The notes beneath the pieces were generated by a model. The model did no database searches. It was not told the DNA's origin and saw nothing but the letters and a program-made list of their open reading frames with translations. A stretch of DNA of 64,000 nucleotides, taken from NCBI GenBank assembly GCA_028826165.1, contig JAPDFW010000025.1:6521-70520 (forward strand), in the 5' to 3' direction. The stretch is from Anaeramoeba ignava BMAN (taxonomy: Eukaryota > Protista > Anaeramoebae). The translations under genes were made by a program, and so were the position numbers. Below, in pieces: positions 50,903-62,931 of this stretch; the first letter of the stretch is position 1; the number at the start of each line of letters is the position of its first letter.

Positions 50903-53013
50903 ATGGGAAATCAACAAGTAAATCCAAACATAAAAGAGCTTAAATCTTCAACGTATTCAAAACTAATTCACAATTCAACTGAACCAATTCTTTGTATTGA
51001 CACTGAAGGTAATTTAACTCAAGCAAACCAAGCATTAGCTAGATTAATTAAAACAAAGTCAAGAAAAACTCTTTTAAAAATGTCAATTTGGTCCATTTCT
51101 CCAAAAGTTCAACCAAATATTGATACAACTTCTGGGGGAATATTAAGATATTATTCTCAAAAAATGCTTGAGTAAGTTAATTAAAAAACCAAAAAAAAAA
51201 ATTTTTTTTCAATAGCGATCTTTTAAGAAAAATTTTTATTTAATTCTAATTATAATTTTTATTTAAATTTACTTATTCAATTAATTTTATTTTTTAATTT
51301 TAAATTCAATTTTAATATAAATAAAAAATAAATTTCAAACTGATCAATTATTGAAATTGTTCCAAATCATTACAACTTTTATTTCAATTTAATATTCAAT
51401 TTAATATTTAATTTAATATTCAATTTAATTTGATCAACTTATTAATTCAATATTTAATTCAAATCAACTTATTAATTCAATTTAATTCAAATCAATTTAA
51501 TTTAATTCAATTCAATATTCAATTCAATTTAATTCAATATTTAATTCAATATTTAATATTCAATTCAATATTTAATATTCAATTCAATATTTAATATTCA
51601 ATATTCAATATTCAATTCAATATTCAATTCAATATTTAATTCAATATTCAATTCAATATTTAATTCAATTTAATTCAATATTCAATTCAATATTCAATTC
51701 AATATTAATTCAAATCAATTTAATTCAATTCAATATTCAATTCAATATTCAATTCAATTCAATTCAATTCAATTCAATTTAATTCAATATTCAATATCCA
51801 ATATTCAATATTCAATATTCAATTCAATATTCAATTCAATATTCAATTCAATATTCAATTCAATATTCAATATTCAATTCAATATTCAATATTCAATTCA
51901 ATATTCAATTCAATATTCAATTTAATATTCAAATCAATTTATTAATTCAAATCAATATTTAATATTTAATATTTAATTCAAATCAATATTCAATATTCAA
52001 TTTAATATTCAATTCAATATTCAATTTAATATTCAATTTAATATTCAATATTCAATATTTAATATTCAATATTTAATTCAATTCAATATTTAATTCAATA
52101 TTTAATTCAATATTCAATATTCAATATTTAATTTAATATTCAATTTAATATTCAATTCAATTCAATATTAAATTCATTTTAATTCATTGATTGATTTAGG
52201 AGCCCAAATTCAGCAATCGATTTCGACTTCCAAATTAAAACTTTGCATGGAGAGCTTATTTGGACTCACATTTGGGCTACACCATTGATACTAAACTCAA
52301 AATACACAATCCAATTAATCATCCGAGAAAAAACCGCACTAACATCAAACACATCTTCAAGACTCTCAGAAACTATCATTTCACAAGAATACACCCAAAG
52401 CTCAGACCACACAGATTACTCGGAAAACGAAAAAACAGGAGAAAGTATCGACAAAGACATGATGAGCGATATCTCCAATCACAGTGAACAAACCAAATCC
52501 AAAAATGAAATTATTCCAACAAATCAAATTCAAATAAACTCAAACAGTCCCTCAATTTCTCCAATGCTAAAACGGTTCGCAATCTCAAATTCACAGAATC
52601 AATCACAAAAACAAAGTATGATGTCTATTGAACCAATTGATCTGGATCAAATGATGCAAAAAATCGAAGATCAAATTGAAGAACTTTCAAACCAAAAATT
52701 CTTAATAATGCAACTTAAAATCGCAAACGATAAACTACTTAAAGTTACAAACGAAAGAAACAAAGAAAGAGATGAATTGAAAAAATTAAAGATGGAATTA
52801 GATGATGCTAAAAAATCTATTACTGATTTGGAATCTAAAATTGAAGAAAAAGATGCTCATTTAACTAAAGTTGTTGAAAAGAAAAAAAGCGCAGTTTCTC
52901 AATTGAAAATTTTAAAAACTGATTTGGAAAAACAAAAAAATGAAGTTGTCCGTTTATCTAATCGATTAAAAATAACTGAAGAAGCTAAACAAAATTTGGA
53001 GAAATTGATTTGA
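50903..53013 (+). CDS. PAS-domain protein with an N-terminal MGNQQ (possible myristoylation) and a C-terminal coiled coil; intron ~51172-52199
   Basis: PAS-like NSTEPILCIDTEGNLTQANQALARL...SISPKVQP, continuing after the intron as FDFQIKTLHGELIWTHIWATP, then heptad repeats. Confidence 0.72.
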
Positions 53014-53933
53014 TTTGATTTCCTTTTTTTTTCTTACTTGTTTTCGTTTTCCTTTTCTTTTTCTTTTTCCACTTTTTTTTTTTTGAAAGAAATTTAATTA
53101 AAAAAAAAAATTTTTTTTTATTTTTTTTTCATAAAGAAGTTTATTCAAAAATAAGTACATAATTAATTTATAAGCCTATTACTTTAAATTGATCTAAGTA
53201 ATATTTTAAATTTTAAAAGAAAAAGAAAAACAAAAAAAAGATCTAAAATTAAATTATTTACAAAGGGGATTTTAATTAAAAATTTAAATTAAAAATTTTA
53301 AGTTAAAAATTGAAATTTTAAATAAGATGATGTGTTGGAAGTTTATTGTTTATTTAAAAAGCAAAAAATTTATTTTAATTTAAAAAATAATTCTGGCAAA
53401 GAAAAAGAAAATTTTAAAATTAGAAATAAAAGAAAATAAAACTAAATAAAACAAATTTAAATTTAATAAGAAAATAGAAATGATCATTTTGAATTTTTTT
53501 TTTCTTTTTATTTTGAATTTTTTCTTTTTATTTTAAATTTTTTCTTTTTATTTTAAATTGAAAATGGCAAAATTTGGATTTTTTTTTCTTCTTTTTAAAT
53601 CCAATTTTAAACAAAAAACCATTTAAAATTAAGTAAATAGAATAAATTCTTTTAAAGGGAATTGTTTTAATTTAAAATTTTTAAATTAAAAAAAAATTTT
53701 TTTTTCTTCTTTTTGTTTATTTATTTTTATTTTATTTTTATTTATTTTATTTTTATTTGTGGGGGCATTATTTAAAATTTAATTAAATTTTTTTTTTTTT
53801 AAGATCTTTCTTTTTTATTTTTTTTTTTGTTTTTTTTTCTCATTCATTTTTCTCTTTTTATTTTTATTTTTATTTTTATTATTTTTTTATTATTTTTATT
53901 TTTTTTCTTTTTTTAATTTAAAACAAAAACAAC

Positions 53934-54319
53934 ATGCAAGTTTTTTTAACACCTTCACAATTAAACAACATTAAACATTTTCAACAAGTTACAAAATGCA
54001 CAGATTTTGAAGAATGTATCAGATTTTTAAACTCAGCTGATTGGTTTGTTGATGTAAATTTATTTTATTTTTTTATTTTTATTTTTATTTTATTTATTTT
54101 TATTTTGCTTTTTTTTTTTATTTATTTTTTTTTATTGTTGAATTTTCCTTTTCGATCAATGATCAAATTAATAATAATTTAATTTGAATTTAATTTGAAT
54201 TTAATTTGAATTTAATTTATATTTATTGAGATTTACAATTTTCCCCTTTTTTTATTTTATTTTTAATTTTTTATAAATAAGAAAAAAAATAAGAAAAAAT
54301 TTTTGATTAATTTTTTTAA

Positions 54320-54350
<31 letters not shown>

Positions 54351-55212
54351 GCAAGCAATCGCTCTTCAAGCTTTATGTACTCTAACTTCAATTCCTGTTC
54401 ATCCCATAAACCAAGATCAAATCCAATCCAAAATCCAACAAGAAACTCACACCCAAATCAGTCAACCAACAACAGATACAGAACAAAAAGAAACAAGAAG
54501 AAGACTTCTTTTACGAACAAAAAGAAAATGCCAAGATTTATCTATCGACACGACATCAACAACAACACCATCAACATCACCAGCACCATCAACACCAAAC
54601 GGCGCCACAACAAAGAACACACTCACCTTAGAACAAGCACGCAAGCTGACAACTAACAAAACCCCCAATTCGGATTCAGATGCCGATTCGGACCTTGAAA
54701 TGCTTAAGAAATCACGCACAAAACCTCGTTGTTCAAGATCTCTTGAAGAAATTCTCAACGGTCAACCCTTATCGATCCGTCCGCTCCAAATCTTTCTTTC
54801 TCAGAAACCCACTCCGAGATGGGATGTCCGTCTTGATGCCTTGAAACGCTTCCGTCCAGATCTTATTCGCGGATATCCAGAGCTTCTTGAGAAATCAAAA
54901 CAACTTGAAAATGATGAGCAAAATTCCCAACAAAATTCCCAATTCCATCAATGTCAAAATCCAACTCAATGTCAAGCTCAATGCCAAAATTCTTTTCCTG
55001 ATCCTTCTGCTTGTCATGTTGACAGCCAAAAAAAATTAACTCTCAAAATTAAAGTTCTTAAAGATATCTTCCAATATTTCCCTCAAGTCAAACAGAATAA
55101 GAAGTACAGAAGAAATCTCCAACGTGGTTTGATCAAGCATTTTGATAATCTTGGTTTCCGTTATTCTCCAATTATGCATGGCAACAAACTTGTCTTTGTT
55201 CGTGAAATTTAA
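53934..55212 (+). CDS. Protein with an N-terminal UBA-like domain, a T/S/P-rich linker and an unassigned basic C-terminal domain; intron 54054-54351
   Basis: IKHFQQVTKCTDFEECIRFLNSADWFVD|QAI resembles the UBA-like domain of UBX/p47-type proteins. Exon 2 is in frame with ORF 54700..55212. Confidence 0.65.
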
Positions 55213-55483
55213 TCTTTACTTTTATTTTTCACAAATTCCTTTTATTTCGTAAATTAGCTTTTTTTTCTTTTTCCTTTTTTCTTTTCTTTTCTTTTCTTTT
55301 TTCGTAAATTAGCTTTTATTTTTTTCCTTTTTTCTTTTTCCGTATATTATCATTTATTTTTATCCTTTTTTTTTTACTTCGTTCATTAGCTTTTTTTTTA
55401 TCCTTTTTTTAAATAAAAAAAATTTTTTAAATTTTTTCATTTTTTCATTTTTTCTTTTTTCTTTTTATTATTTTTTCTTTAAA

Positions 55484-58400
55484 ATGAAAATTACTTTGTT
55501 TTGTGATGGTTTTGATCCTTTAATTGTTGAAGTTGAAAAAAGTCTTCCTGTTAGTTTTTATATTTCAATTTTTTTTTTTTTTAATTTTTTTTCCTTTTTA
55601 ATTTTCTTTTTTTTTTTCTTAAAACAATTAAAAAAAAAAAAGGTTTCTCAAATTCAAAAACAAGTTGCTGATTTTGTAATATTCCTTTTACAATTTCAAA
55701 TTCAAATTCAAATTCAATTTCAATTTCAATTTCGAAATTAAAATTCAAAATCAATTTAAAATCAAATTCTAAATCAATTTAAAATTAAATTCTAAATCAA
55801 ATTCAAAATCAAAATTCAAATTCAAATTAAAATTAAAATCAAAATCAAAATCGAAATTAAAATTCAAATTCAATTTTAAATTCAAAATCAAAATCAAAAT
55901 CAATTTCAAATTCAAAATTAAAATCAAATTCAATTTCAAAATCAAAATCAAATTCAAAATCAAAATCAAAATTCAAAATCAAAATTAAAATCAAAATCAA
56001 ATTCAAATTCAAATTAAAAATTCAAATTAAAATTCAAAATCAAATCAAAATCAAAATCAAATTCAAAATTAAAATCAAAATCAAAATCAAATTCAAAATC
56101 AAAATCAAATTCAAATTCAAATTCAAATTCAAATTCAAAATCAAAATCAAATTCAAATTCAAATTCAAATTCAAATTTCAAATTAAAATCAAAATTCAAA
56201 TTCAAATTCAAATTCAAATTCAAAATCAAAATCAAAAAAAATCAAAATCAAAATCAAAATCAAAAATTCAATTTCAAAAATTTCAAATTCAAAAAATTCA
56301 AATTCAAATCAAAAATCAAAATCAAAATCAAAATCAAATTCAAATTTCAATTAAAATTTCAAATTCAAAAATTCAAAATCAAACTCAAATTCAAATTCAA
56401 AATCAAAATCAAAAATCAAAATCAAAATCAAATTCAATTTCAATTTCAAATTCAAAATTAAAATCAAATCAAATTCAAAATCAAATTCAAAAAATCAAAA
56501 TTCAAATTCAAAATCAAAATCAAAATCAAATTCAAAAAAATCAAATTCAAAATCAAAATTAAAAATCAAAATCAAAATTCAAAATCAAAATCAAATTCAA
56601 AATCAAAATCAAATTCAAAATCAAAATTAAAATTAAAATCAAAATCAAAATCAAAATCAAAATCAAAATCAAAATCAAAATCAAAATTCAAAATCAAATT
56701 CAAATTCAAAATTCCAAATTCAAAATTCAAATTCAAAATTAAAAAATTTCAAAATTAAAAATTAAAAAAAAATTTAAAATCAAAATCAAAATCAAATTTT
56801 CAAATTCAAAATCAAATTCAAAATCAAATTCAAATTTAAAATAAAAATCAAAATAAAAATCAAAATCAAATTCAAATTCAAATTAAATTAAAAATCAAAT
56901 AAATTAAAATCAAAATCAAAATTAAAAAAAAATCAAAATCAAAATCAAAATCAAATTAAAATCAAAATCAAAAAATCAAAATCAAAATTCAAAAATCAAA
57001 ATCAAAATCAAAATCAAAATTAAATTCAAAATCAAAATAAAAATCAAAATCAAAATCAAATTAAATTCAAATTCAAAATCAAAATCAAAATCAAAATCAA
57101 AATCAAATTCAAAATTAAAATCAAAATCAAAATCAAATTCAAAATCAAAATCAAAATCAAAATCAAAATCAAAATCAAAATCAAAATCAAAATTAAAATC
57201 AAATTTAAAATCAAAATTTTAATATGAAATTCAAATTCAAATTTAAAATTCAAATGGAAATTCAAATTTAAAACAAAATTCAAATTATAAAATTCAAAAA
57301 GACAAATTGAAAAAAAAACAATGTAAATTTGAAAAATCAAATCAAAATTCAATTTCAAATTCAAATTCAAAATCAAATTCAAAATCAAAATCAAAATCAA
57401 AATCAAAATCAAAATCAAATCCAAATTAAAATCAAAATCAAAATCAAAATCAAATTAAAAATTTAAAATCAAATTAAAATTAAATTTAAAAATCAAAATC
57501 AAAAATCAAATTCAAAATCAAAATCAAAATTCAAAATCAAAATCAAATTAAAAATCAAAATAGATTAAAAATCAAAATTAAAATTCAAAATTTAAAATCA
57601 AAAATTCAAAAAAATATAAAATTAAAATAAAAATCAAAATAAAAAATCAAAATTAAAAATCAAAATTAAAATTAAAATCAAAATAAAATCAAAATCAAAA
57701 AAATCAAATTAAAATCAAATTCAATTTCAAAAATTCAAAATCAAAATTTAAAAATCAAATTTTCAAAATTAAATTCAAAATTAAAATCAAATTTAAAATT
57801 CAAATTCAAAATTCAAAATCAAAATCAAATTCAATTTCAAAATTCAATTTCAATTTCAAATTCAAAACTAAATTAAAATTCAAAATCAAATTAAAAATCA
57901 ATTTCAAAATTAAAATTTTAATATGACTAGTTTCAAATACCAATTCTAAATCAAGCTTTTTTTTATAATGGAAAACAAATGCATCTAGCAAACCCTTTTT
58001 CAATTTATCCAATTCAAGAACAAGATTTAATTGAAGTTTTTGATAAAACAATGTAAATTTTTGAAAAAATCAAATTCAAATTAAAATCAAATTCAAAATT
58101 CAAATTCAATTTTAAATTTCATCTAGATTAAAAAAAAATCAAGTCGAATCACTTCAACAAGTTATGGACCAACAACTTGTAAAAATATAAAATTTGCAAA
58201 CTTAAAATTAAATTTAAAATTTTTTTCAAAATTAAAATCCAAAAATTTTACTTAATTATCCAGCAACAAATGTCTTCAAAAGACAAACGAATGAAAGAAT
58301 TATATGTACAATTCATCAATTCGAACAAAAATATAAATTTTTATTCATTTTTTTTTCTAAATTTTTTTCAAATTTCAAGGATTTAGAAATTCAAGCTCAA

Positions 58401-60547
58401 AAAGATCCATATAATCCTGAAATTCAAAAAAAAATTGAAGAGTTGATTCAACAAAATAATATTGAAGAAAATTTTCGAGCAGCTTATGATAATATTCCTG
58501 AAAGTATTAATCTAAATCTAAATCTAAATCTAAATCTAAATCTAAATCTAAATCTAAATCTAAATCTAAATTAAATTAAAATTAAAATTAAAATTCAAAT
58601 TAAAATTAAAATTAAAATTAAAATTAAAATTAAAATTAAAATTAAAATTAAAATTAAAATTAAAATTAAAATTAAAATTAAAATTAAAATTAAAATTAAA
58701 ATTAAAATCAAAATCAAAATTCAAAATCTAAATCAAAATCTAAATCAAAATCTAAATCAAAATCTAAATCTAAATCTAAATCTAAATCTAAATCTAAATC
58801 AAAATTAAAATCAAAAAGGCTTTACAAATATTCGAATGCTATATATTAATTGTGAAATAAATCATGTTTCAATTCAAGCATTTATTGATACTGGAGCTCA
58901 AAAAACAATAATGAATTCTGTTTGGGCTGAAAAATGCGGGTTTAAATCATTTTTCTTTCTTCCAAAAAAATTTTCTTTTCAATTTAAAATGTTTTTTTTC
59001 CTTTTAGTATTATGAGACTTGTAGATCGTCATTATGCTGGTTTTGCAACTGGAGTAGGTTGGGCTAAAATAATTGGTCGAGTTCATCTTTCTTTAATTAA
59101 AATTGGTACAAAATCCAAATTTGAAATCAAATTCAATTTCAAATTCAAAATCTAAATCAAAATCTAAATCTAAATCAAAATCAAAATCAAAATCTAAATC
59201 TAAATCTAAATCAATTTCAAAATCTAAATCAAATTCAAAATCAAATTCAAAATCTAAATCTAAATCTAAATCTAAATATAAATCTAAATATAAATCTAAA
59301 TTTTACATCTAAATCTAAATCTAAATCTAAATCTAAATCAAAATCTAAATCTAAATCTAAATCTAAATCAAATTCAACTTCAAAATCTAAATCTAATTCA
59401 AAATTAATTTCAAATTCAAAATATAAATCAAAATCAATTTCAAAATATAAATCAAGTTCAAATTTAAATTCAAAATTAAAATATAATTCAAAATTAATTT
59501 CAAATTCAAAATTAGGTAATAGCTTTTTCCCAAGTAGTTTCTCAATTATAGAACAAGATAAAGGATTGGGATTTATTTTTGGTTTAGATATGCTCACAAG
59601 ACACCAAGTAAAATATCCTTACACAAAAATCCTCTCTAAAGAAAATTCAAATTCAATCAAATAAAATAATTCAAATTCAAATTCAAATTCAAATTCAAAT
59701 CCAAATTCAATCAAATAAAATAATTCAAATAAAATTTAATCAAATTCAAATTCAAATTCAAATTCAAATTCAAATTCAAATTCAAATTCAAATTCAAATT
59801 TAAATTTAAATTAAATTCAAATCAAATTCAATCAAATAAAATAATTCAAATTCAAAAATTCAAATAAAATTCAAATTCAAATTCAAATTTAATCAAATTC
59901 AAATTCAAATTCAAATAAAATAATTCAAATTCAAATTCAAATTCAAATTTAAATTAAAATTCAATTCCAAAAAGTGTTTGATTGATTTAAAAAGTAATTT
60001 CCTGAAAATTGGAGATGAAACAATCCCATTTCTTGCTGAAAACCAAATACAAGAAAAAATACAAGTTGATGGACATTCAAATCAAGAACAAAAACCAATT
60101 GAAAATGAAAATGAAATTGAAAATCAAAATGAAATTGAAAATGAAACTGAAACTGAAACTGAAACAACAGAAGATGTTGAAAAAGTGAAAGAAATGGATC
60201 AAGAAAACCAAAATCAAAATTCAACTCAATTTGAAAATTCAACTATAAATAACTCAAATGATAAAGAATTAGAAAATCAAAATCAAGATCAAAATCAAAA
60301 TCAAAATGATAGAAAACATAAATTAAATAATTCAAATAATTCTTCTCAAAATTTACAAAATAATTTGCTTAATTTCCTCCAAAATTTCCAAGTTCCAACG
60401 AATTCAAATCCTAATCGTATTCTTGATGAAAATAAAATTCAACAAATTATCCAACAAGGAGCTTCTCGAGAAGAAGCAATCCAATTACTTCGTAGAGCAG
60501 GTGGAAATGTTGAAATTGCAAAATCTTTTTTTTTTGAAAATTTTTGA
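55484..60547 (+). CDS. DDI1: DNA-damage-inducible protein 1 (UBL - helical domain - retroviral-like aspartyl protease - UBA), ~10 exons
   Basis: [24 protein letters not shown]...[11 protein letters not shown]...[12 protein letters not shown]...[40 protein letters not shown], and a C-terminal UBA ([21 protein letters not shown]). Confidence 0.93.
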
Positions 60548-60624
60548 AATTTGATTCTTCTTTTTTTTTTCTAAATGAATAAAACAATAAAAGATCCACA
60601 AAATCAATTAATTTATTTAATATT

Positions 60625-60965
60625 TTACAATAAAATTAATTAAGAAATGATTTAAAAAAAGAATTTATTATTAATATTAAATTATTATTATTAATAATAA
60701 AGAAATAAATTTAAAACAAAAATTAGATAAATATTTAATTTAATTTTTAATAATAATTAATTTATTATTTTGCAATAAAATTAATTAAGAAATAATTTAA
60801 AAAAAGGATTTATTATTAATATTAAATTAATATTATTAAAATTAAAGAAATAAATTTGAAACAAAAATTAAATAAAAATTTAATTTAATTTTTAATAATA
60901 ATTAATTTATTATTTTGCAATAAAATTAATTAAGAAATGATTTCAAAAAAGAATTTATTATTATT
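60625..60965. repeat. Short tandem repeat, ~145-bp unit, two full copies plus a partial third
   Basis: CAATAAAATTAATTAAGAAATRATTT recurs near 60628, 60773 and 60918. Confidence 0.75.
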
Positions 60966-61062
60966 TCTAATTAAAAAGTCAAGAATTAAAAAAAAAAAAG
61001 AGGAAAAAAAATTTTTTTTTTTGAATTTTTTTTTTCATTTTTTTCATTTTTAAAAAAAGTTA

Positions 61063-62931
61063 ATGGATACTTTCGCTTGCCCTATTTGTTTTGAAACTTA
61101 TTCTCAAGAAATAAAACCAATGATTGTTTGTCAAGAAGGTCATTCAATTTGTGAACTTTGTTTAAAAGGTATAGATAGTTGTCCATTTTGCAGAACTACT
61201 TTAGATAATTTTAATCCAATTAGAAATCGTGATTTATTGAAAGCTGCTGAAGAGATTCAAAAACAACCAAACACCCAAAATGCACCAATAATTCCTTTAT
61301 CACAACTTGATATTGCAAAAGAAGCCTTTGCTTTTGGTGGCTCAGCTGATATTTTCAAAGCTAAATGGGGAAATACTCAAGTTGTTGTCAAGAAATTGAG
61401 ATTCCAAAGTGATGAAAAACAACAAAAACAATTTCAAAACGAACTTAATTTGGCTGTAAAATTGAATCACCAAAATACAATTAAGGTTTATGGAATGGTA
61501 CAATTTGAAAATCAATTTGGAATTGTAATGGAATTTGCTGAACAAGGAAATTTAGCTCAAAAAATCCCCAATTTAACTTATGAAGAACAAATTAACTATT
61601 CTTTGCAAATTATCCAAGGAATTAAATATCTTCATCACAACTTAATTATTCATCGTGATTTAAAACCTGAAAACATTTTGATTTCAAATAACCAACCAAA
61701 AATTACTGATTTTGGAATTTCAAAAGTTCACGACCACACAATGAAAAATACAACAGCTGCATTTTCATTTGGGTATTCCGCTCCAGAACTTTATCAACAA
61801 GGAAGTGCTTATGATACTTCTTGTGATATTTTTAGTTTATCAATGATTTTATATGAAATTTTCGCAAAGAAAAAAGGTTTTGAAAATGGTAATTTGATGA
61901 TGATAGCCATGAAAATGATGCAAGGAGAAAGACCTGAATTTCCAAATGATTTCCCAAAAGATTTAGCTGAAGTAATTAAGAAAGGATGGAAACAAAATCC
62001 AAAAGAAAGATGTTCATTGGATGAATTTACTCAATGTTTAGAAAGAATGAAGCCGGAAAGTAATTCTAAAATTTGATTTTTTTATATTTTGCATTTCATT
62101 TAAAAATAACTTACAATTAATTCATCATTTGAAAAAAAAAGACACAAATCAAAGATATAAACATCGACACAAGAAGTCTCATAAATCAAAATCAAACCAA
62201 AATCCAAATCAATTTTCTCAACAGTTTTCCAATCTGAATATTAATAAGGTTGATATTGAAAAAGAATTAAAGATTTTAGGTGATGAATTTAACAAATCAG
62301 ATTATGTAATTCAAAACAAAAACAAAAACAAAACAATTTTAATTTAATTTAATTTAATTTAAATTAAAAAATAAATTTAGAAAAAGGAGGTTTGAAATAT
62401 TTTTTTGATTAAAATTAACAACAATTAGTTCTTTAATTTATTAACTCATTTTTATTATTTAAATTATGAATAATTTATTTTAATTCATTCCATTTTTGAA
62501 TTATTTTGTTTTTTCTCAATATTAAATTTAAAAACAAAAATCAAGACTAAGAAAGGAGCAACTTTATTACATTATTTTGCACAAAAGAAACCAATTAATA
62601 AGGATCTTTTTAATCATTTTATTAAATCAGGAGTTGATTGGAATAAAAAAGATGTAAAATAATATAAAATTTTTTTCAATTTAAATTACATTTTTATTAT
62701 TCAAAAAACAAAAACAATTAAATTAAAATTATTTTATTTAAATAATAAATAAATATCAAAAATAATCAATTTTTATTTTAAATTGAATAATATTAAATTA
62801 TTTATAATAGGAAGTAAAAATAAATCAAAATCAAAATTTACTTTTTTTCTTTTTTTCCTTTTTTTTGAAAAAAATGAATTATTTATTGAATGAAAATTTG
62901 TTTTTATTTTATTTTGAAAAAAAAATAGTAT
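61063..62931 (+). CDS. RING finger + TKL-type protein kinase + ankyrin-like C-terminus; exons 61063-62059, 62142-62305, 62381-62389, 62546-62653, 62811-62813, 62929-62931; 3' end unresolved
   Basis: RING CPIC...C..GH..C..C....CPFCR. Intact kinase motifs (VVVK, HRDLKPEN, DFG, YSAPE). A downstream in-frame exon encodes KKGATLLHYFA...FIKSGVDWNKKD. Confidence 0.8.

Noticed and set aside
7245-59597. Low-complexity ORFs such as (IK)n, (IL)n, (NF)n, (EIDLDL)n, (SK)n and (FELNL)n
   Set aside because: They are translations of intronic or intergenic microsatellites whose unit lengths are multiples of 3.
58819-59607. Retrotransposon or retroviral protease
   Set aside because: The DTGA protease lies within an intron-containing UBL-HDD-RVP-UBA gene (cellular DDI1), with no RT, integrase or LTRs.
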